Below, one piece after another: positions 27,275 to 35,653 of a stretch of 64,000 nt of DNA. Numbering within the stretch: position 1 is the stretch's first letter; every line of letters starts with the position of its first letter. Under the pieces are notes generated by a model. The model made no database searches, was not told the origin of the DNA, and saw only the letters and a program-made list of their open reading frames with translations. The position numbers and the translations under genes are program-made. Source of the DNA: an uncultured Pseudobdellovibrionaceae bacterium (lineage in GTDB: Bacteria; Bdellovibrionota; Bdellovibrionia; Bdellovibrionales; UBA1609); assembly GCA_964628445.1 (NCBI GenBank), contig CAZVOP010000008.1, forward strand, positions 5,376 through 69,375, given 5' to 3'.

Positions 27275-27952
27275 ATGCGTAAAGAAATCGAAATTTTAAG
27301 AAATGAAGTCGAAACGGCTTTAAGGAGTTGCCTTGCTCTAAATCAATTCAAGAGATCATTGGGCTGTGAGGAGTGCACTGAAAAGATAAATGAGAACATA
27401 TATTTTTGGATGGTCTTCGAACGATCAGTTCAAGCAAGTATGTTTATTGGGCTTAGAAGACTATTTGAAAACGAAAATGACACTTTTAATTTTCAAATGA
27501 TGATAAACCTATTTCGGGCAAATATAGGGGAATTTTCTAAGAGCTCTTTGCGCCAGAGAAAAATTGAGGGGTCTGCAAATGCTAGTGAATGGATTGATCG
27601 CTACATGGACGACGCGCATGAAGCAACTGAGGACGATTTCTGCCGGCTCTCGAGGCTTGCAAAAAGCAAGAACAAGCAAATAAAAGAAATATCTATTAAA
27701 ATCGCCAGTAAGGTTTATGCACACGCGATTCATGATGACCGAGAAATTTCTAATGAATTGATGAGCGACCTAAAGATTTCCGATGTCGAAGATGCGCTGA
27801 ATGCGATTTGGCATGTGTATCAGCAAATTTGGCAAATGTATGAAAACGGGCGAAGTCCTGAAATGGAAATTGGAAAGTACCCTTATGAGAAAGAGATTGT
27901 TGATGCCGTTTCAAAGCAGATTGGATGCACTTGCCTAAAGACTGATGCCTGA
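27275..27952 (+). CDS. hypothetical protein (helical), divergent from the FRG gene
   Basis: 225-aa ORF in AT-rich DNA. I cannot place a convincing HEPN Rx4-6H motif. Confidence 0.5.
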   Translation: MRKEIEILRNEVETALRSCLALNQFKRSLGCEECTEKINENIYFWMVFERSVQASMFIGLRRLFENENDTFNFQMMINLFRANIGEFSKSSLRQRKIEGSANASEWIDRYMDDAHEATEDDFCRLSRLAKSKNKQIKEISIKIASKVYAHAIHDDREISNELMSDLKISDVEDALNAIWHVYQQIWQMYENGRSPEMEIGKYPYEKEIVDAVSKQIGCTCLKTDA

Positions 27953-28575
27953 GTCGATGACTTCTGTGACGCATATAATATTCGAAACAAATAGTTCCAA
28001 ATTTGTCCACTCGACCCCGCCAATTTTCGAAAGCCTGCCGAGAGCAAAATGCCAAAAAGCCAGTAGAGCTTAATAGTTGAAAACACAGTAAGAGGTCGAC
28101 GTTCCACGTTTGAATATTTCTTGAAATGCCTTAAAATGCGCCACATTTACCAACTCAATTGGGCGTGAATTCAAAAGGGGCATCAAATATGGATGAGCCG
28201 CTGAGTTCTTGCATGTCGCAACATTGAATCTGAAACTGCATATTTGGTTCTCAAAACGGCGGCTTTGGCCGCGAGTCCGGAAGGATTTTGTTTAGGATAA
28301 CATGCGAAAATGGTCCTTCTTCAAATTGATATGCAGTCATAGTCCGACCATTGAGCGCAGACGCATAGTCTCTGTCCGTGTAATCAACTAGTCTGCCAGA
28401 GAAGGATTTTCCAATATTTGAGAAAGCAGTTTCTCTGTGCCGCGTTTGAAAGGACAAGGATCTAGTGCATAGTTGACTTTTGACTTACGGAAAGAAAGGT
28501 CTAAACTCGATTCAGCTTGGGTTTTGGCAGAGGGGAAGTAAGTGTTCAAATTCAGTCCTGATATGATAAGCGCAG

Positions 28576-30192
28576 CTAGCTGACAGTTTTTCTTTCACCT
28601 TTGACTCGGAAAAACATTTCCTCCTTAACTACGACGTTGACACCTGGCAAATGCTTTTTGAACGTGGATTCCATTTCCGTTCTTAGTTCCTGCTTTTTGG
28701 ACGATAAATATTCTGCTTCAGCTTGAATCAGAATGGCATCATGCATCGGTAAGATAATCTTAACCGGAAATTTTTCCGCTATAGAAATTATCGACTCTTT
28801 TAAAATATACGAAGCAGTACCCTGAATTATTTGATTTACGGCCCATCTCCGCTCTGCGGGAGAAAGTTTCCCAGTATGTTTTCTATACCGGCGGTTTCCG
28901 TTTATTGAGGCGGAATATCCCTGAGTTTCCATCTCTCGCCAAACTCGTTCCTTCCACCGTGTAATTTCATGGAACTGACTAAATAGCTTTTCAAATATAG
29001 TTGTCGATTCGACTCTTGATTTTCCAAGAAGTTCAGATAGAAAACCGACAAGGCCATCCTTTTCCATCCCAAATGAAAAGGCCAGGAAAACTACTTTAAA
29101 TATAGATCGGTACCCCGGCTGTCCCATTATGTCGTTAGCGAGACTTTCGTAAAGATCTCCGGCGTTGCAAAGGTCTTTTAGATACTGATCATTAGAAATA
29201 GACGCTAGGATCGCCGGCTCAAAGCAAGAATAGTCAAAATAGATAAATTGCTTTCCTGTTTCCGGCACGATGACATCGCGGTGCTCTTTTTTTAGGATCT
29301 GAAGACGCGGATCGTTTACCAGAATTCGTCCTGTTATAGTGCCCATTATATCATAAGTGGGATTAATGTAGTCAGAGCTTGAAAGTGATATATCCAAAAG
29401 TGATCGCCTGGTGCGCTCATCTTTAACTAAATCTAGTATGAGTGAAAATTTAGGATCTAAGTGTTTACGTGCTTTCAAAAAGCTGAAGATATCTGTTTCT
29501 TCACTTAAAATAGATTCGCCAGTTTGGCTCAAATACCTTTTGATTTCTTCGTAAGATGCAGTGGTTCCTTTGAAGCCATGATGAGTACGTAACTCATATA
29601 GTTTTTTGAAGTGGTCAGCCTCTATATTCGAAAGTTTTTCTTCAATTTTAGATTTATCAACTTTTATTCCATCCAGATGCGAGCGAAGAAAAATATTAAA
29701 GGCTTTTATCTCACAGTTTTCAAAGCGTTCCCATTCGCCTCGTTTTTCCAAATCTTTTTTAATCGCAAAATATCGACCGGCTAACCTTTGTAAAAATATT
29801 TGACAGTCACTCTCGTTTAACTGTTTCTTTGAAGAAAAGCCTTTAAGTTGTCTGCATATCGAAAGTAATTCGCTGTAGTCTGCATAGTAATCCTTCAAAA
29901 GCTGATGAAGGCTCCACGGCACATCCGTGCCGAATTCTTTTTTCGGATGTCCAAAGTAGTAATATGCCAGAGACGTAATATCCACGAAGGTTGGATTTAA
30001 TGTCTTAGGTTCAATTTTTTTCTTAAGTAGGCTTCTTTCAATAGAAAAGGTCACAATAGTGCGGTTCTCTTTAGCAAGCCCATTAATATCAGATTTTAAA
30101 AAACCTTCGTTATCGTCATACTGGAAATATCTAAAATCATTTGCTTCAGTGTTGTTTGGGACGGCGATGAGAAATAGTTCAGAATTATTCAT
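28576..30192 (-). CDS. stand-alone family-A DNA polymerase (no 5'-3' exonuclease; DEDD exonuclease motifs not evident)
   Basis: PolA blocks: TGRILVNDPRLQIL, motif A FIYFDYSCFEPAILA, motif B RSIFKVVFLAFSFGM, RRWAVNQIIQGTASYILK, and motif C LPMHDAILIQ. The start overlaps the RT stop (ATGAATAA). Confidence 0.85.
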   Translation of the reverse strand: MNNSELFLIAVPNNTEANDFRYFQYDDNEGFLKSDINGLAKENRTIVTFSIERSLLKKKIEPKTLNPTFVDITSLAYYYFGHPKKEFGTDVPWSLHQLLKDYYADYSELLSICRQLKGFSSKKQLNESDCQIFLQRLAGRYFAIKKDLEKRGEWERFENCEIKAFNIFLRSHLDGIKVDKSKIEEKLSNIEADHFKKLYELRTHHGFKGTTASYEEIKRYLSQTGESILSEETDIFSFLKARKHLDPKFSLILDLVKDERTRRSLLDISLSSSDYINPTYDIMGTITGRILVNDPRLQILKKEHRDVIVPETGKQFIYFDYSCFEPAILASISNDQYLKDLCNAGDLYESLANDIMGQPGYRSIFKVVFLAFSFGMEKDGLVGFLSELLGKSRVESTTIFEKLFSQFHEITRWKERVWREMETQGYSASINGNRRYRKHTGKLSPAERRWAVNQIIQGTASYILKESIISIAEKFPVKIILPMHDAILIQAEAEYLSSKKQELRTEMESTFKKHLPGVNVVVKEEMFFRVKGERKTVS

Positions 30193-31828
30193 AGACCACT
30201 ATCCCGTCATACAGATCTCTAAAATTTGTCTTATCGGGGCCGATAAAATATTGCCCCTGCATTTTTTCTCTAACCCTACCGTATGTTCCTTTAGTCGAGT
30301 GATTTGAATGAGGTGCAATATACTCTCGTATTCCTTGGTTGAAAGGTATTTCATGGACCGAGATCAACATTTGCCGTTGTAACCAAGAGCTTTTGCATGA
30401 TTGGAACTTTTGAAGCAGTTTGGCTTTTTGGTCAGGGTCGCCAAATTTGCCAATATAAAGACTCGCTCCAGCCAGATCGGGAGCCTTCGTCGAGCGTTGA
30501 AGTACCGACAAGGCGTATTTAATCAAGTCGTCATGCTTATGATTCTTCAATATAAATAACGACCAGATTCTGTAGTTCTGCCAACTATAAATTGACTTCG
30601 ATTGCATAACTAAAAAATCTCTTATTTTTCCGAGATGTCCTTCTTCAAGATGTGCGAAGGCTAAGTATTTAATTAGTGAGTCCGTAGATGCTGGTTGATG
30701 CTCCAATTCATTGATTATTTGTTCTGTGAGGCCGGTGAAATAATCATTGGGAATATCTAATTCTTCGCAACTTAATATTCCCTCTATCCTCCGAATCGCG
30801 AATCTGAAACCTCTAGATTGGGTATTGTCATTTTGAACTAGGTTCAATGTATAGTCCCGCAGGTACGGAAGACTTTTTTGAATTAGCTCAAGTGAGCGGG
30901 AGCGCCACATGTTGTCTATCGCTTCCAAGTGCCTGTCTGTATTCATAAATGAATCGGTAATTTTAGATTCCCCAAGAGTTCCAATTTTTGTTTTCGCAGA
31001 ATTTAAATTAAGTCCGATTGCTCTTAAGGTTTCGGAGAGTAATTTTAAGGCTCTCTTCGCTGAGTTTTTGTCATCACATACAATTCTTATATCGTCCATG
31101 TAACGAAAATACTCAAAGCCTGCTTTTTGCATCTCCCGATCAACATAGTCCATTAAAATATTGGCTAAAAATGATGAGGCATCTCTGTTTTGAGGAATGC
31201 CGTTTGTGCCATTGAAACTCCAAAGTTTCATAAAGTCTGTAAGCAGCTCGATTGTCCTTCGGAGCTTAATTTTTTCTGAAGGTGGCGCATTGAGATCTCT
31301 AATCTTAGTTTCTAGGCACCGTTTTAGTTGAGCGATCTGAATATTTTCATAATAATTAAATACGTCTGTTATAAGGATGGTCTTATTGGGAGAAGCCGAA
31401 TGTCGGATAAGCCCTTCAAAAGCCTTAAATTGCTCAACATGATGTTTAAATAGGAATTTATCGTTGCGGGATTGCCCATCATTGTATCGATGGCTAAATG
31501 AATTGTCAGAGAGTAATGGGTCGTAGTAGGGGATTAAATAACTAGTAAGGGCCAAATAAATTAGGCGATCGTAAACATTAGTTTCCAAGCTATATCGTAT
31601 TAGAAAGTCTTTTTTAGGAACATTAAATATTTCAGCTTTTTCTGGAGTGTACACTCCATGATTTTCGTGGATATTTTCATAATAGTATTTACTGATGTCA
31701 TCTCGATTAAGACAGTCCCGAAATCGAATAGGGTCAGGAAACCAATCGTCTTTAAGATCCTCTTTTAAATCGCGAATTGCCTTCGCGATATTTATATCGA
31801 AGCCGCCTAAGCCGATTTCTTTAGTCAT
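30185..31828 (-). CDS. UG/Abi-type (defence-associated) reverse transcriptase with a C-terminal alpha-repeat domain
   Basis: RT motifs ITDVFNYYENI, GIPQNRDASSFLANILM, FRYMDDIRIV (YxDD) and LNLNSAKTKI. These are followed by about 250 aa of helical repeat-like sequence. Confidence 0.9.
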   Translation of the reverse strand: MTKEIGLGGFDINIAKAIRDLKEDLKDDWFPDPIRFRDCLNRDDISKYYYENIHENHGVYTPEKAEIFNVPKKDFLIRYSLETNVYDRLIYLALTSYLIPYYDPLLSDNSFSHRYNDGQSRNDKFLFKHHVEQFKAFEGLIRHSASPNKTILITDVFNYYENIQIAQLKRCLETKIRDLNAPPSEKIKLRRTIELLTDFMKLWSFNGTNGIPQNRDASSFLANILMDYVDREMQKAGFEYFRYMDDIRIVCDDKNSAKRALKLLSETLRAIGLNLNSAKTKIGTLGESKITDSFMNTDRHLEAIDNMWRSRSLELIQKSLPYLRDYTLNLVQNDNTQSRGFRFAIRRIEGILSCEELDIPNDYFTGLTEQIINELEHQPASTDSLIKYLAFAHLEEGHLGKIRDFLVMQSKSIYSWQNYRIWSLFILKNHKHDDLIKYALSVLQRSTKAPDLAGASLYIGKFGDPDQKAKLLQKFQSCKSSWLQRQMLISVHEIPFNQGIREYIAPHSNHSTKGTYGRVREKMQGQYFIGPDKTNFRDLYDGIVVYE

Positions 31829-31864
31829 GAACTTTAAGTCGAGCGCAAGTAGTTAAGAGCAGTT

Positions 31865-32062
31865 CTAAAGAGAGGCATCGAGACCTTCTATAGATTTCGA
31901 TTGTTTTTCATCTTTAGTATGCTTTAAAGGTGGCTGCTCGGAGAAGGCTAAGCGTGTGTTTAAAATTTTCCATTGGGGCCAGTTTCGGATTTCACGAGTA
32001 GAGTCTAAGATTGTTTTAATTGGGTCAATTAACCCTGGGTCTGCATCAGTTTTAGCTGTCAT
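31865..32062 (-). CDS. small hypothetical ORF, translationally coupled to the deaminase gene (could instead be non-coding)
   Basis: 65 aa. The ATG overlaps the deaminase stop (ATGA). No recognisable family. Confidence 0.35.
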   Translation of the reverse strand: MTAKTDADPGLIDPIKTILDSTREIRNWPQWKILNTRLAFSEQPPLKHTKDEKQSKSIEGLDASL

Positions 32063-33606
32063 ATTACTCCTCCATTGCTTAAATCGGACGTTATCAGTGT
32101 TTCTTTTTCTAAATATGAACTCACCACTAATGGCACCCTGACGTTAGCTGATTTTCTATCGAAAACTGTAACCGCGCCAGAGCCCCTGAGTTTTCTCTTT
32201 AATTGATGGCCCATTCCTAACTTCATAGAAAAAAGATCCAAATATCTTCTGGCTGCAACGCCTATGAAATGCTCAAAAGTGACTTCTCCAGAGGAGAGTT
32301 GATTTAAAGAAATTGCATCTCCGTGAAGATTACCTGCTTGGCTTTTGGGGTATGGCTCAACGAACAGGGTTCTTTTAATTCCTGCCTCAACAATATGCTT
32401 TGCACAGTTATGGCAAGGGAAAGTAGTACAGTATATTGTTCCATCCCTGGTAGTTGCACCTATTCTCGTGCTACTTAAGATTGCGGACATTTCAGCATGT
32501 GTCGCACGATTAAATTCAGTGATATCGGTTAAGCCGGTCTCCTCTAGGATTTTCAGCCCTTCGCTTAACAGGTCAGGATCTGGACCGGACTTAAATTTCT
32601 TCATTACATTCAGGACTATTTGATTCTTGCTCTTCTCATTGGGGTCATAACCCAATCTAAAATCTCGCCAATCCTCTTCTGGAGGGGTCGGCCAATAAGG
32701 ACCGCCACCAGAACGGGGCACATCATTGGATCCAAGGCCAATAACATCGCCATGGGCGTTTACTAGAACGGCGCCAACCTGCCTAGATAGATCAGCGGAT
32801 CTAACCGAAAAGGAGTACGCCATATACATCATGTGTTCGTCGAACGTTGGGGTTATATGGGGATTTCCAAAGATAAGGTCTAAAGCTCGAACCAATTGTT
32901 CTCTAATTGCCTTATCGTCCTGAGCGTCGAACTTTAGGAAGAAATCTGACAACTGAAAGGTATCGCGTGTTTGTTGGCCATACGCAGATTCTTCGGAGAT
33001 ATCTTTTTCTATCAGCTCATAAGCCTCGGATTTTTTAATCCCTCGTTTATTGTCTAAAAACTGAATTCGATCCTCTTCCGGTGAGAAGACGCCAATCTGA
33101 TAATATCCAACGCCATAAGTTTCGCGTAAAAGCTTTGATTCTTCAGGGTTTTTTAAAGATCTAAATAGGTAGGCAGTTGCAGCAGGAGTTTTGCCGCGAT
33201 AGCTTTTCACCATTTGAACGGCGTACTTGGCTAGTAAAGACGGACTCTTATAATGTTTTCTTACCTTATTGCCAGCTTCCATCTGAGAATAAATTTCGTT
33301 AAATGGAGAGGCGCTATCGATTTTAAGATTTAGCTTTTGAAAATATTGATGAGAGAAAAAATCACTAAATTTAATTGGCTGAAGTTTATAATCGTACTCT
33401 GTTAGAACTTGGTCCAGGACTGTCTGTATTCTACCCAAATCAGTGCCAGTTGCAGCCACTAATCCAATAAACAATTCGGATTTTGATCCCCCTAAATTTT
33501 GCATGGGCAAAGTATATTTCTCTGAACTTTCTGTGTACAAGTCGATCTTGGGAATTAGAGTAAATTTGATGGAACTTATGATTTTGAGACCCCTGCGCAT
33601 GCACAT
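32059..33606 (-). CDS. anti-phage dCTP deaminase-like protein (N-terminal kinase-like region plus C-terminal dCMP/cytidine deaminase zinc domain)
   Basis: Deaminase signature THAEMSAI...FPCHNCAKHIV (HAE...PCxxC). The N-terminus ELFIGLVAATGTDLGRI resembles the N-terminal module of the described defence dCTP deaminases. The start is uncertain (33606, 33600 or 33504). Confidence 0.75.
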   Translation of the reverse strand: MCMRRGLKIISSIKFTLIPKIDLYTESSEKYTLPMQNLGGSKSELFIGLVAATGTDLGRIQTVLDQVLTEYDYKLQPIKFSDFFSHQYFQKLNLKIDSASPFNEIYSQMEAGNKVRKHYKSPSLLAKYAVQMVKSYRGKTPAATAYLFRSLKNPEESKLLRETYGVGYYQIGVFSPEEDRIQFLDNKRGIKKSEAYELIEKDISEESAYGQQTRDTFQLSDFFLKFDAQDDKAIREQLVRALDLIFGNPHITPTFDEHMMYMAYSFSVRSADLSRQVGAVLVNAHGDVIGLGSNDVPRSGGGPYWPTPPEEDWRDFRLGYDPNEKSKNQIVLNVMKKFKSGPDPDLLSEGLKILEETGLTDITEFNRATHAEMSAILSSTRIGATTRDGTIYCTTFPCHNCAKHIVEAGIKRTLFVEPYPKSQAGNLHGDAISLNQLSSGEVTFEHFIGVAARRYLDLFSMKLGMGHQLKRKLRGSGAVTVFDRKSANVRVPLVVSSYLEKETLITSDLSNGGVI

Positions 33607-34103
33607 TTAGAGGGTTGATGGGGCGACGAGTCGAGAAAGGGCCGATCTGAAAATTTGAATTTAGGAATTGTGAGCCGAACTTGCTAATGACAGTGAGCAA
33701 GTGCTTTGGATAAATTTGGATCTGTGAATGGCCTTTAGCGAGCCACGTAAGCCGACTACATCGGCTTACGAATCCTCGCACTTCGTTTGCGGATGGAAAT
33801 GAATTAGACGGTTCGATATTTCCGAGAGATTGCCATCTTTCAAAGCCGCCTCTCCGAAGAATAAGATCGGTCAATCCGCTCATTAGCGGCATATCCGATG
33901 ATATGCCGTTTGAAAATCCGACACCTAATATAAACGCGTCATTTGCAGAAGATTCGAAAACCATTTGTCGCCTCAAGTTTGGGTGGCAAAATCGGATTTT
34001 CTTAATGATTGATCATCATAACGTCGAGAAAGTCCGATTTGAATGTGATTCAGGGCATTAATCGGACACTGCTCATGGCGACGCCTTATCCGGCAGAGTG
34101 GAG

Positions 34104-34139
34104 AAAGGTTCGATACTCGTCCCATTTGCCCCGCCATTT
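34104..34139 (+). repeat. degenerate tRNA-3'-half-like direct repeat (copy B)
   Basis: AAAGGTTCGATACTCGTCCCATTTGCCCCGCCATTT has a T-loop-like GGTTCGA and ends in CCGCCATTT like the tRNA-Asp end. It is near-identical to 35060-35094. Confidence 0.75.
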
Positions 34140-34283
34140 CAGATTCTAGAGGTCTGGTCACCTTTCGGCTCCCCAAAATCTTACATTCTGTTGTGTTGTT
34201 CGCCTCCGGCGAACGTGTTCGCGCTTTTGCGCTCACGCTCGCTTTGGTCGCGTTTGATTTACCTTCGGCGCCGAAGGTGTTGG
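34129..34283 (+). repeat. 155-bp direct repeat, copy B
   Basis: See 23248-23402. It includes the palindrome at 34260-34279. Confidence 0.9.
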
Positions 34284-34319
34284 AGGGCGGACTCTCCCGT
34301 GCGGTTCTGCTGGAACCTC

Positions 34320-34970
34320 TTATTCCTTCAATGTCGCATTGAAGACCGCCAACTGAGCCGCGAAAGCATTCTGGTAGGCGGGCCGCGCTTCACTGCGAGC
34401 AATATAGGCGCAAAGGTTTGGGTGGTGCTCCAGTAAACCTGATCCGTCTAGTCTGCGCAACACCGTGACCATCAGCAGGTCGCCGGCACTGAATTCGCCG
34501 TCGAGCCATTCGGCGGCACCTAGTCGAGTGGAAAGTTCTTTAAGCCGGACTTGGACGCGCTCATCCAGTAAAGGCAGTCGATCCTTGTGCCAGCTCTTGT
34601 CGCGCTCAAAGAGTGCGCAGACTCCGCGCTCGACAATCGGTGGTTCCATTGTGCTGAGGGCGGAGAACATCCAAGCGATCGCGCGCGCCCGGCCCTTCGG
34701 TTCCGCAGGAAGCAGGCCCGCGTGTGCCTCGGCGATGTGAAGCACGATGGCTCCCGACTCGAACAGCACGAGATCCCCTTCTTGGTAGGTGGGAATTTGC
34801 CCAAATGGATGAAGCGCTCGATACGCGGGCTCTTTCATCTCCTGAAATGAAACAAGACGGACATCGTAGGGCTGTCCCACTTCTTCGAGAGCCCAGCGAA
34901 CGCGCAGATCGCGCGCCAGTCCTCGGCCGCGATCGGGAGAGTTTTTGAAGGCTGTAATTGTGGGAGTCAT
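34320..34970 (-). CDS. glutathione S-transferase
   Basis: Thioredoxin-like N-domain HPFGQIPTYQEGDLVLFESGAIVLHI plus a helical C-domain. Confidence 0.9.
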   Translation of the reverse strand: MTPTITAFKNSPDRGRGLARDLRVRWALEEVGQPYDVRLVSFQEMKEPAYRALHPFGQIPTYQEGDLVLFESGAIVLHIAEAHAGLLPAEPKGRARAIAWMFSALSTMEPPIVERGVCALFERDKSWHKDRLPLLDERVQVRLKELSTRLGAAEWLDGEFSAGDLLMVTVLRRLDGSGLLEHHPNLCAYIARSEARPAYQNAFAAQLAVFNATLKE

Positions 34971-35059
34971 ACGTCATCTCCGGTTTATAGAATGAGCTTA
35001 CCCTTCGAAAACGGTAGCTGGAGATTCGCGAATGGTCATCACTCAAATGACTCGCGGCA

Positions 35060-35094
35060 AAAGGTTCGATACTCGCCCCATTTCCTCCGCCATT
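35060..35094 (+). repeat. degenerate tRNA-3'-half-like direct repeat (copy C)
   Basis: AAAGGTTCGATACTCGCCCCATTTCCTCCGCCATT. Together with copy B it brackets the GST gene. Confidence 0.75.
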
Positions 35095-35244
35095 ATTACT
35101 CCAATAATTTCTGATATTTGGGGTACGTGCTTCAAGGTAATTCATTCAGGTCTCGACCTTAATCTCAAGTAATAAATCTTGCGTAGGGTCCCTATAAATT
35201 CTTAAATATAAACAAAATATATTCTACATAAGGGGAGAGGTAAC

Positions 35245-35505
35245 ATGAAAATTAAAGCAATAAATTATGATCTACAAAATGGTGACATGGATGATTATCA
35301 AGATCTTTTTAAGGCAATAAAGACAATCGGACAGGCTCGTCATGCTCAGGGAAGCTTTTGGCTGGTGAAAACTGACAAAACCTCCGCAGCAATTAGAGAT
35401 CTACTTAAAATTCATTTAAAGCCAGGGGATAAATTGATGATTAGCACTTTTAGTGAGTGGGCTTCCTATCAAATGAATACGACCGCGGAATGGCTGAATG
35501 AATAA
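35245..35505 (+). CDS. small hypothetical protein
   Basis: 86-aa ORF with a GGGGAGAGG RBS, in AT-rich DNA. The pattern (INYDL...DY.DLF..I...G.A.H.QGSFWLV) loosely recalls small ferredoxin-fold proteins. No assignment made. Confidence 0.5.
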   Translation: MKIKAINYDLQNGDMDDYQDLFKAIKTIGQARHAQGSFWLVKTDKTSAAIRDLLKIHLKPGDKLMISTFSEWASYQMNTTAEWLNE

Positions 35506-35653
35506 GTTCTGAGTTTGTTCCATTTAACCAGATCCAGGCTTTTGGCCAGATTAGATCAAAATCATAACTGAATAAAACAAGTCTTCTTTACCTTCGACCA
35601 ACTTGGGTAAACAAATAGCACTATAGGCATCATGGATCAATACTTGGAGAAAA

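Larger units (their letters stand above)
23256..35094. mobile_element. composite, apparently immobilised genomic island at the tRNA-Asp 3' end
   Basis: Visibly AT-rich accessory genes. The region is bounded and subdivided by direct tRNA-3'-end-like repeats at 26229-26244, 34104-34139 and 35060-35094, and by a 155-bp duplication. No integrase is seen. Confidence 0.6.

Noticed and set aside
28251-28457. 68-aa ORF downstream of the PolA gene, and ORFs 27750-28055 and 27883-28146 (-).
   Set aside because: They have no RBS, motif or coupling to neighbours. They lie in what looks like the 3' untranslated or decayed region between convergent units.
30185-31828. Interpretation of the RT as a retron, a DGR or a group II intron RT.
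   Set aside because: No intron-type maturase or endonuclease regions are present. I found no TR/VR repeat pair or Avd-like gene nearby, and no obvious long a1/a2 inverted repeats flanking a msr/msd-like unit. The C-terminal alpha-repeat tail fits UG/Abi RTs instead. This is not exhaustively excluded without searches.
33440-33976. 178-aa ORF upstream of the deaminase gene, considered as a real gene with a faint SIR2-like N-terminal GxGxS pattern.
   Set aside because: It is too short for a SIR2 domain and overlaps the deaminase gene out of frame. It contains several perfect 8-10-bp hairpins. I treat it as non-coding or a gene remnant.
34098-35145. ORFs 34098-34436 (+), 34465-34740 (+), 34520-34804 (-), 34587-34850 (+), 34606-35145 (-) and 34724-34948 (+).
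   Set aside because: They overlap the well-supported GST gene or run through the att-like repeats. No motifs were found.
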